Shown here piece by piece: positions 41,359 to 49,940 of a stretch of 64,000 nt of DNA. This stretch comes from Promethearchaeota archaeon. Lineage in GTDB: Archaea > Asgardarchaeota > Lokiarchaeia > Sigyniarchaeales > SOKP01. The notes under the pieces are model-generated. The model worked only from the letters and a program-made list of their open reading frames with translations. It was not told the origin of the DNA and ran no database searches. The number at the start of each line of letters is the position of its first letter. The first letter of the stretch is position 1. The translations under genes and the position numbers were made by a program. The stretch covers positions 1 to 64,000 of the forward strand of contig JAEOTA010000073.1 of NCBI GenBank assembly GCA_016840085.1. Reading direction: 5' to 3'.

Positions 41359-42216
41359 ATGGAAAATAAGATTATTGACAAATCTTCTTACGGGGGAACC
41401 ATCTCTAAAGATTATAGATCTAAAGAAATGTTGAAATCAGCCATTAATTTTTTCCTAATCTGTACAGGAATTACATTAATTGCTTGGTTCGCAACAGTAA
41501 TGGTGTTAACGGATGGTTTAGAAAATCCAATATATATACCGATAATAGTCTATGTATGGGTTGTAGTGTTTGCTTTTGTAATACCATTTTCTTTCTTTAT
41601 GATCATTGAATATCTATACCTTACAGCATATCTAAATGCATTTTCGTATAAAATAAAAGAAAACACCATTGTTCTCCGTCATGGGGTTTTTACTAAGAAA
41701 AAAGCGACCATTCCTTATACGCGAATCCAAAACATTAACATTGTAAATGGCGTGTTTGACAGGATGTTCAAGACATATACAGTCAAAATTGAAACTGCTG
41801 GTGCGGCAGCGGCAGCTGCGAGTGCCCAACATGGGGTTGCGAAACCTGAGGGATATATTCCAGGACTAAAAGATCCAAACATAATTGGAAGAAAAATTAA
41901 GGAGATGATGACAAAATATTCACAAGTACCAAGCGGTTTAGAAGACAAGATCTTTAAACCTGAAGAGCTGGCATTCGACAATTTCATTAGTTATATTATG
42001 TCAAAAATGCGAGAGGGTGAAAATCTTCAAACTTCCATAAGAGACAGACGTGAACAAATCAATAAATCCGCAGCGGAATTAGCAGAAGAAGTTGGAGTAC
42101 CACTTCAAACGATCAAGTATTTGGAAGAAGGAAAATATAATCCAAGCTTAGCTTTAGCATATAAAATTGCGCAAGTATTGAATTGTTCTGTTGAAGATTT
42201 GTTTAAAATTATTTAA
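41359..42216 (+). CDS. 2-TM bacterial-PH (bPH_2/YdbS-like) domain fused to a C-terminal XRE HTH
   Basis: YKIKE..I.LRHGVF.KK...IPY.RIQ.I....G.FDR.F....V.IETAG, then IRDRRE......ELAEEVGV...TI.YLEEGKYNPSLALAYKIA.VL...VEDLF. Confidence 0.88.
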   Translation: MENKIIDKSSYGGTISKDYRSKEMLKSAINFFLICTGITLIAWFATVMVLTDGLENPIYIPIIVYVWVVVFAFVIPFSFFMIIEYLYLTAYLNAFSYKIKENTIVLRHGVFTKKKATIPYTRIQNINIVNGVFDRMFKTYTVKIETAGAAAAAASAQHGVAKPEGYIPGLKDPNIIGRKIKEMMTKYSQVPSGLEDKIFKPEELAFDNFISYIMSKMREGENLQTSIRDRREQINKSAAELAEEVGVPLQTIKYLEEGKYNPSLALAYKIAQVLNCSVEDLFKII

Positions 42217-42283
42217 TTGTATTACAATTTTTTTTCTTATTTTTTCGGATTAGTTTAATCATAATAAAATGATGTGAAGAAAG

Positions 42284-43183
42284 ATTAGTGATGAAGAAAT
42301 TATATATGAAAGTTCTATTTCAAGAGATTATAGAAAAAAAGAACTTCTTAAGACTGGGAGTACATTAGCGATTAAAGACCTTATAATATGCATTGGAGTG
42401 TTCGTAATATTCGTCGTTAGTAACTATGTAATTGCAAACTCTAAAGTTGAATATGAAAGAATAGAAGCATTAGAGACTCGGGAAAACTTAATAATCATTT
42501 TACCATGGCTCATAACAATTGCTATAATATTTATTGACGGTTTAGTTTTAATCACCTATTTTATTTACTTATCAACCTATGTATCCAACTTTTCTTACAG
42601 AATCACAAATTCTTCTCTTACTCTCTCTTTTGGAGTATTTGATAAGAGACAAGTAACTATTCCTTTCAACCGGATTCAGAATATTTGTATCGTACAAGGT
42701 GTGTTTGATAGATTATTTAAAACATACACATTTAATATTGAAACAGCGGGAGGCGGAGGTACCGTCCGAAAGATCTATTCTTATGGACACGCAATTAGAA
42801 TTGGTTATCGTCCAGAAGGTTACATCCCAGGTTTAAAAGATCCATCAATCCTCAAAAATAAGATAACTGAAATGATGACACGTTTTTCCCAAATTCCAAG
42901 TGGAATGGAAGATAAGTTATTAAAACCTGAAGATCTAGCTTTTGACAACTTCACTAGTGATCTTCTTTCTAGGATGCTAGAAGCAGATGAGATAAAATCA
43001 AAGTTGAAAGAGATTAGAGAAAATAAAGGATTATCGCATATCGAATTAGCTAAAATAGTTAAATGCTCAATAGATGCGATTTTATAATTAGAGGAAGGCT
43101 CCTTTAACCCCAGTGTGGTGTTAGCTATTAATATAGCAAAAGCATTGAATTGTAAGATAAAAGATATTTTCGAATTGAAATAG
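42284..43183 (+). pseudogene. Paralog of 41359..42216 (TM-bPH-XRE) with an in-frame TAA inside the HTH; probable ATT start
   Basis: After TAA 43085-43087 the same frame continues LEEGSFNPSVVLAINIAKALNCKIKDIFELK to TAG 43183. Upstream ISRDYRKKELLK matches ISKDYRSKEMLK. Confidence 0.8.
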
Positions 43184-43238
43184 GAATTAACTTTAATATA
43201 AAATGAGTTGGTGAGAAGCCCTGAAATTCAAAAAGAAA

Positions 43239-43628
43239 ATGGTTTCAAGAATAAAAGAGCTTAGAGAAGCTCTAGATATTCCCCAGCTGGAGCTTGCAAG
43301 CAGGGTTGGGGTATCTCGCCAAACTATTTATTATTTAGAAAAAGGTACTTACAATCCCAAACTCACTTTATCATTTAAATTAAAAGATGAATTAAATACA
43401 TCAATAGAAGAATTATTCAAATTTGAACCCATCATACATGATATCATAGGTAATAAAACATTAGATGAGTTAGAAACAATCCATAAGAAATATGGCATTG
43501 AAATAGAGCGATTGCAGCATCTAAGAGATGTAGATGAATCAGATTTGCTTGTAGAATTTACAATGGAGGAGTTAAAGACAATTTCAAAAGCTTTAAGAAT
43601 GAAATTTGAAGATTTATTTGAAGATTAA
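43239..43628 (+). CDS. XRE-family regulator with tandem HTH domains
   Basis: IKELRE.....Q.ELA..VGVSRQTI..LEKG.YNP.L; degenerate second HTH ending ISKAL.MKFEDLF. Confidence 0.88.
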   Translation: MVSRIKELREALDIPQLELASRVGVSRQTIYYLEKGTYNPKLTLSFKLKDELNTSIEELFKFEPIIHDIIGNKTLDELETIHKKYGIEIERLQHLRDVDESDLLVEFTMEELKTISKALRMKFEDLFED

Positions 43629-43664
43629 ACGTTTTTATCCACTTTATTCTAATTCTGTATAATT

Positions 43665-43740
43665 CAAAAAAATCAGGATAAGGTTTTCCATCGATATTTA
43701 TGGTATGGGTAGGAATTACCTCAGGTTCTTCAAGATTAAA
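43665..43740 (-). pseudogene. Internally deleted relic of a URO-D/MtaA-family gene (paralog of 788..1948)
   Basis: Reads NLEEPEVIPTHTINIDGKPYPDFF, which joins NLEEPDRIPTHTINIDG and NIDGNPYPDYY of the intact gene. Confidence 0.75.
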
Positions 43741-43887
43741 GGTCTTAACCTTTAACTGTATAATGGATTTCATAATAATTCTATTGTGAGGAGGAAAGAA
43801 TTTAGTTAACGAAATTATTTTTGCATCGAATTAAATTTAACTAGAAAAATAAAGGATAATAAAGAAAAAAATAGGATTATGATTAGT

Positions 43888-45163
43888 TTATTTATATTTT
43901 AATCGTCGATAAACCAAGATTGAAGACACACCAATAACTGCAGTAACCAAATATATTAAATTATATCCTAGTATTTTAGCTTCACGTCTTCCAGGTGTAA
44001 TTTCAACTTCAATTTTATGATTATTGGAAAATGTATTACCAAAATTATTATAAGCAACCACTATAAAATAATACTCACCATTTGAATATCCACTTAATGG
44101 AAGTGAAAGTGAATCAATTTCTTCTTCAAGTAAAATTAAACTATCATTAATCTCTGTGATAGAATTGGAATATTGATAAATAGAATAATTGTTTGCTCCA
44201 CTTGAACTTGTCCATGTCAAGGTAAAATTTCCATCATTATCAGGAGTTTCTGCGTCTGAGGATAAAGTAAATGAACTCGGTGCTGTAGGCGGAGGTATTG
44301 CTACAGTAAGTTTAATACAATTTGAAGTTCTATTACCATAATTATTAAAAGCAGCACCAATAAAGTAATAAGTACCATTCGAATATCCAGAGATAGGGAA
44401 TGGTGAGGTTACGTTCTGATCTGCAAGTAATATTAAGCTATCATTAATTTCTGTGATAAAACTAGAATATTGATAAATAGAATAATTGTTTGCTCCACTT
44501 GAACTTGTCCATGTTAAGTCAAAGTTTCCATCTGTATCTAAGGAGCCTGAATCGCAAGTTAATGTAAATATTCCAGGATACTCAATAGAGTATTTCCCTA
44601 CAAAAATATCATATATTCCCATAGTGTACGTACGATTATAACCTGTTATATAAATTCTATCTGAAGAATCAATATACATATCTTGCCACCAGTATTGATA
44701 TATAGAGTTATTTGCCCAAGTTTTATCCCATAATAAATCTCCAGAGGTACTATATTTTAATATGCTTACGTTATGAAATAGTGTGTGAACACATACATAT
44801 ATTTTATCTAAAGAGTCGATACCTATACTCCATGCCTCATCATCCACCTTTGTTCTCCATGTTCTATTCCATTTCCAATTACCATCACTATCATATTTCA
44901 CAAGGAAATCCAGTGACATATATATCTCCATTTAGTTCATTTACCGCAATACCTCGTCCATATTCATTATCTCCATTATCATATGATTTATTCCAGTCTT
45001 GAATAAATGAAAGTTTAAGTTTATCAGAATCAGATTGATCATTTTCTTTGTTTTTGGAAGTATCATCATGTTTGGATAGGAAGTCATTATTAAGATAACT
45101 ATTAATCAATGGTAATAAAAGTAGAAGAAAAACAATAACAAGTGTGTATTTTTTAATCCTCAT
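43888..45163 (-). pseudogene. Frameshifted surface protein: signal/TM, SBBP-like propeller repeats, two FN3-like repeats, Loki-CTERM-like tail
   Basis: Frame A ...GIAV.ELNGDIYVTG switches to frame B FLVKYDSDGNW.WN.TW at about 44908; ends ILGYNL-TM-RRLKYK. Confidence 0.75.
44168..44514. repeat. Intragenic domain duplication with a 50-bp identical core, 297-bp period
   Basis: 44168-44217 equals 44465-44514, encoding TWTSSSGANNYSIYQYS. Confidence 0.85.
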
Positions 45164-45477
45164 TTATAAATCACTTAGTTTTTATCTTCTAATTAGTTTA
45201 TTAAATAGATTTACTAAGATAAGATTTCTAGAAAATGGTTATTTAAATATTTAACTTATGATTTTATAGATCTATTGGTAAAAATATATAAAGCACACTC
45301 ATTCACTCATTACGAGTACAGGGTTTTTCACTATTTGTGATGGCAGGTTTCTATATCGTAGCAAATCAAACTTATTTAAGCTAAATTCCTATCGAATTCA
45401 AATGTAATACAATAGGAAGCCAAATTGACGATCATTTCCTTAAAAAATACCTTATATGCAGGATTATAAATTAAATT

Positions 45478-46086
45478 TTACTTTTTCCCTTTTTTCCTTT
45501 TATATATTAAATATCTCTTATAAATTAACACTCCGAAACTCAGAATTATCATTATTGTAAAAATGATTAAAATCCCGATATTTTGAAAATCTGTACCTAT
45601 AAGAACACCATGAATATATGCGAGAAGTAAGGCTATATAGTTTAAGGAATGTATTAACCTCCAATTTTTTTTAATTTTCATCCGTAAAAGTGCTCCTATA
45701 ACTGCAATATAAATTAAAATGAGTGCTAATCTGCCCCCTAACGACCAAAAACCATACCAAGAGCCAAATTCTGGCAAAAAAACAGCAATATCTAACACAG
45801 AAATTGCGAATACTACTGGATGGAGTGTGACTAATATCAGCCCCATGATTGAATAGATATGATGTATCTTAACAAACGGTTTTCCAAAAATCTTGTATAA
45901 TTGAACCACAAAAGGAATCATCATAGTCGCTATGAACATTGATGTAAACCCAAATAGCGCACCAAATCTAATGATGAAATTAAATGCATCTGGAAAAGGG
46001 GTTAAAAGGAATAATACTAAGATAAGAATGTATAGGAATATAGTGGGTATAATTATGTATATAGCTTCTTTTTTAGGTGGCGGCAT
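45478..46086 (-). CDS. Ferric reductase-like transmembrane (heme b) protein
   Basis: KIHH...LH and WR.IH.LNY...IHG histidine pairs in TM helices. Confidence 0.8.
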   Translation of the reverse strand: MPPPKKEAIYIIIPTIFLYILILVLFLLTPFPDAFNFIIRFGALFGFTSMFIATMMIPFVVQLYKIFGKPFVKIHHIYSIMGLILVTLHPVVFAISVLDIAVFLPEFGSWYGFWSLGGRLALILIYIAVIGALLRMKIKKNWRLIHSLNYIALLLAYIHGVLIGTDFQNIGILIIFTIMIILSFGVLIYKRYLIYKRKKGKK

Positions 46087-46281
46087 AATTTAGGATCTAT
46101 TCAGGAATTATTAAATTTTAGTTTTATAATTTAAAAATTATTTTTAAAATTTGTAGGTGTTGAATATTATTAGGATTTCATTGTAATATCTCTGCTAGAA
46201 CACATTTCTTCGTGAAAGAAGGGTTTTACGAATTCTAAAAAAAATTGAGAGCAAAATTTCATTTAATGCGAGTAATCTTAA

Positions 46282-46500
46282 TCAATAACGCTTTTTCATC
46301 CAAATTATATATTGTATTCTTGTAACTAATAGAATACCACTAAGTAATAATGCTATGCCGATAGACATTAATAAGGGTGATGCTTTTTCTGGTGAGTTTA
46401 AATAGTTAAAAATCCAAATTAACAACAATACGATGGCTATAACTATTAATAATAACCCAATATTTCTTATTTTCTTATCAAGTCTATCTAATTCTTCCAT
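46282..46500 (-). CDS. Small 2-TM protein
   Basis: 72-aa ORF with two hydrophobic helices. Confidence 0.6.
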   Translation of the reverse strand: MEELDRLDKKIRNIGLLLIVIAIVLLLIWIFNYLNSPEKASPLLMSIGIALLLSGILLVTRIQYIIWMKKRY

Positions 46501-46645
46501 ATTATCTTAAAAACAAAAAAATAATAATTAATATTAGTCTAAATAACTGTGATCAATAATTATTTTTATATTTGATTAGCATATCTATTAATTTCCTATT
46601 TTTATGAATGAAATTTCAGAATGGAAAAATCCTTTATTTGATCTT

Positions 46646-48019
46646 TTATAAATGCTTTTGAAGATTTGAAATCTTTTTCTCCAATTTTCTAATTCTGGAT
46701 TCATTTCCATTCAGGTTTTCAACATCTTCAAGAATTTTTAATCCTTGTTTATAATAATTAATCGCATTAATATAGTCCTTTTTTTTTTCTGCTTTTTCTC
46801 CAGCTCCCAAAACATATTCTAATTCTAATTCTTTAATCCTTTTATCAAGTTCTAAAACCATGAATGAAATTCTGCCAATATCTTGTTCGAGATCAAAACC
46901 AGTGGCTAAATAAAGAGCTTTTTCATATTCTCTTTGTGCTTCCTTATACACTGAAGATCGTTCAGCAGTCTCAGCCTTTCTAATAAATTGATTCATTAAT
47001 TTTTGTGCTTCTTCTACATTCAATTCCTTAGCTCTTTCTTTCAATTCATTTATTGCATCTTCATTAGCTATTATCGTAGAGATTAACTCATTATTAGCAA
47101 TTCTGGTTGCTCGTATTTCTTGAAAATTTTTAACTCTATCTTCAGCAGTTTCAATTGTAGTAGGAATGATTACATTTTGTTCAAGAAGTTGATAAATTTC
47201 ATATAATATGACATTTGAGTCAATATTAACTATTTTTTGAACTTTATTGAGTAAATTATTAATAAAAAAGACAGATTTTGAAGCTAAAAATTCATTTGCA
47301 AAATCTATTATTGCTTTTTGGATGGGATTTTTTTTTATTTTTTCTAGTGTACCTGGTAAAAATGTGTGTGTGAGAACCATAGGAAATACTAATTTAATAT
47401 TAAAGGTATCTATTATAAAATCTATAGTCCTTCCAAAACCAAGCTTTCCTGTTTTTATATAATTTTCAATATTATCTCGATATCTATTCTCATAATCGCT
47501 TATAAATTCCGTCACAAGAGTTTTCAGACTCTCAGAAGCTTTATGATCTAATACTAAACAAGTCCTAATGAATTGCCCATTTTTAAGTAAAATATTAAAA
47601 TTCTCATATTGAAATTCATAAAATTGATAGTTATTTTGATGATTTAAACTACCATTCGAAACATTACTTGTTTCTGAAAATGATATATTTGCTTGTATAA
47701 ATCCTGTTAACAATTCTATATTTACACCTGCTCCTGAAATTGGATAACTAACGATAGATAAACCAGAACCAATAGCTAATAATACTATATGTTTTAAGTT
47801 TAAAACATCCAAAAATTTCTGCCATATTAATTCTTGAGACATCCGAAGTCGTTTTTCTTCAGAATCAATTAATGTGATTTTTATATTTTGGCTAAGATCT
47901 AATCCTAATTTTTCAAGCTGATTTTTGACACATTCCATGCAGAAATCTGGATATTTATCACAATTCTTTTTATCCAGTCCACAATCAAATCCTAATCGAT
48001 TAAGCTGAAAATATACCAT
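46646..48019 (-). CDS. Multi-domain protein: Cys-rich N-terminus, longin-like domain, helical/TPR-like C-terminus
   Basis: C-x6-C-x6-C-x2-C; HIVLL..GSGL.I..Y...ELLTGFIQA..SF...FQYENF.IL...G..IR..LVL; A..EYEKAL and AINYY..GL TPR-like motifs. Confidence 0.7.
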   Translation of the reverse strand: MVYFQLNRLGFDCGLDKKNCDKYPDFCMECVKNQLEKLGLDLSQNIKITLIDSEEKRLRMSQELIWQKFLDVLNLKHIVLLAIGSGLSIVSYPISGAGVNIELLTGFIQANISFSETSNVSNGSLNHQNNYQFYEFQYENFNILLKNGQFIRTCLVLDHKASESLKTLVTEFISDYENRYRDNIENYIKTGKLGFGRTIDFIIDTFNIKLVFPMVLTHTFLPGTLEKIKKNPIQKAIIDFANEFLASKSVFFINNLLNKVQKIVNIDSNVILYEIYQLLEQNVIIPTTIETAEDRVKNFQEIRATRIANNELISTIIANEDAINELKERAKELNVEEAQKLMNQFIRKAETAERSSVYKEAQREYEKALYLATGFDLEQDIGRISFMVLELDKRIKELELEYVLGAGEKAEKKKDYINAINYYKQGLKILEDVENLNGNESRIRKLEKKISNLQKHL

Positions 48020-48435
48020 TAAAATCGAATATTTTTTTATATTTACTATTTCGTTATTAGTTTATTTAAAGTATTAAGGGTTCAAGTAGTATTTTTCAAA
48101 ATCCTCCATTAAATATAAGATTAATTTACAATTTTTATAACTTTTAAAATCTCTTAGTTTATGTGATGATATAACGAAAATTCTACGTTAAGAAAATATA
48201 AATTTAAAAATAAAGCTGTAGTAGTCCCTATAAAGTTTGATATTGCTAGTCTAAATTATATAAATTCATGAATCATCCCTTGAGTTTTAGCACTTTGATT
48301 AAATATTTCTTATTAAAGGTTTCTAAAACTTCTTAATTTATCAATATAGTAAGGGCCTCTGGAATTGTTTTTAGAATAATTTACGTTATTGTAATTAAAA
48401 AAATTTTTAATTAGCTTTTAATTTAAGCACTCAGA

Positions 48436-48828
48436 ATGCCGGATTTTGAAAAAGTAAAAGAGAATTATCAACCTCTTGAAGTTACTGCTAATTTTTTTGT
48501 ATTATATAAGGATGAATCTACTTGGTTAGAGGGATGGATTTCCTTGGAAGATTCATTTGAAGAGTTTCTTTCAATTATTCAAGGTGAACTTGAATATTCA
48601 TGGGATTTGCAATATGTTGACATGAGTGATTATATCACTTTCCATATAGACCTTCAAGATAAGAATAAATTGAAGGAAATAAAAAATAATAAAGAGCTTA
48701 AGAGTGTAAGACAACTTGAAGAAATCTTTCTAGTGGTTTTGCATAAAGAGATTAAATATCGTATTATTGAGAATCTCCCAGTTGTATTTGAATGGTTTAT
48801 GGAAACTTATGATCCAAGAGCAATCTAA
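48436..48828 (+). CDS. Acidic hypothetical protein
   Basis: Clean 130-aa ORF; no recognised motif. Confidence 0.7.
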   Translation: MPDFEKVKENYQPLEVTANFFVLYKDESTWLEGWISLEDSFEEFLSIIQGELEYSWDLQYVDMSDYITFHIDLQDKNKLKEIKNNKELKSVRQLEEIFLVVLHKEIKYRIIENLPVVFEWFMETYDPRAI

Positions 48829-48885
48829 ATTACAATTTACATGCCTACTAATGCTTTACTAAAATAAACTAGTTGATTATAACAA

Positions 48886-49422
48886 TTATTTTCTAGAGAT
48901 TTTATACATTTCTGAAGTTAATTTCTTGAATACATCATTAACACTTATACCTGTTTTAGCACTTGTTTCATAATATGCACACGCATCTAAATGCTGTCTT
49001 AAACTATCAGAATCTTGATCAGTTATTAGTTTTTCTTCAGAGTTAACTAAATCGAGTTTATTTCCCACTAAGACATTCGGTAAAAAGCCGATTGAATTCT
49101 CTACTTCTTTTTTCCATCCAACAATATCTTCAAATGTGTTTTTTCTTGATAAATCAAACACATATACTATACCTTTCGCACCTTTATAAAACACATGTCT
49201 TACCCATTTAAAATGCTCCTGGCCCGCTAAATCCCATATTTGCAAAGTTATTAAATTCTTAACATTTGGGATTTTAAGGTGTTTTACAAAAAAATGGGAA
49301 CCAATTGTAGATGTTACATTAGGGTTAAATCTCTTATCTAAATATTGGTGAAGTAGAGTTGTTTTGCCTACTCCAAAATTACCAACAATACAAATTTTAT
49401 AAAAAAAACTTGGTACTCCCAT
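48886..49422 (-). CDS. Rab-like Ras-superfamily small GTPase
   Basis: GNFGVGKT, TIG..F, WDLAGQE.F, FYKGA, NKLD, ETSAK; no C-terminal Cys. Confidence 0.93.
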   Translation of the reverse strand: MGVPSFFYKICIVGNFGVGKTTLLHQYLDKRFNPNVTSTIGSHFFVKHLKIPNVKNLITLQIWDLAGQEHFKWVRHVFYKGAKGIVYVFDLSRKNTFEDIVGWKKEVENSIGFLPNVLVGNKLDLVNSEEKLITDQDSDSLRQHLDACAYYETSAKTGISVNDVFKKLTSEMYKISRK

Positions 49423-49758
49423 TTTTTATATTATTAAACTGTGATTTTAATAAATCATAATTTTTAAGTATATATTCTTATCTTTTGCTTTTAGAATTTG
49501 GTAATAAATGATAAATAATTTAAATTTTTTCTTTCTTAATCTTTCACATTTCTTTTTTTTTTTTGGATTTCTTAAATATTAGTTTGTAATGTCAAAATAT
49601 AATAAAGAAATACTAAAATTTAAAAAAAACGATCAAATATGTAAAGATAGGGGCATCTGCTCCACAATAATTAATTATCCGGGAAAAAGTTTTTAAATTG
49701 GATGTGGAATCTATTTTTGGGCATTTTAGAATAGATATTTACTATAATAGAAAACAAG

Positions 49759-49899
49759 AATAGGTTAAAAGTTCCCAAAGTAAATCATGATACAATTAGA
49801 CCAAGCGTAGATGAAATGTCGAAGGTTAAATATATTTTGGAAGATGCAGGATTGAAGAAAGTAAGAGTTCAAAGATCTAAAGGTCATAGTGGACTATGA
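49759..49899 (+). pseudogene. Possible C-terminal gene fragment (radical-SAM activase-like tail)
   Basis: Startless frame ...TIRPSVDEMSKVKYILEDAGLKKVRVQRSKGHSGL*. Confidence 0.35.
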
Positions 49900-49940
49900 G
49901 ACTAGAAGATTTATAAACAAGAAAAATTAAAATGTAGATC

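Noticed and set aside
43085-43087. Possible Sec/Pyl recoding at the in-frame stop
   Set aside because: The codon is TAA, not TGA/TAG, and aligns with Tyr in the paralog.
43558-43773. Listed 71-aa ORF as a real gene
   Set aside because: Only the central ~25 codons are homologous to anything (URO-D relic), and it overlaps the XRE gene antisense.
44891-44931. Programmed ribosomal frameshift in the surface protein
   Set aside because: No clear slippery heptamer, and residues are missing relative to the internal repeat, which favours a deletion.
45180-45477. Intergenic stretch with weak stems as a possible ncRNA
   Set aside because: No recognisable tRNA, C/D-box or riboswitch pattern could be supported by eye.
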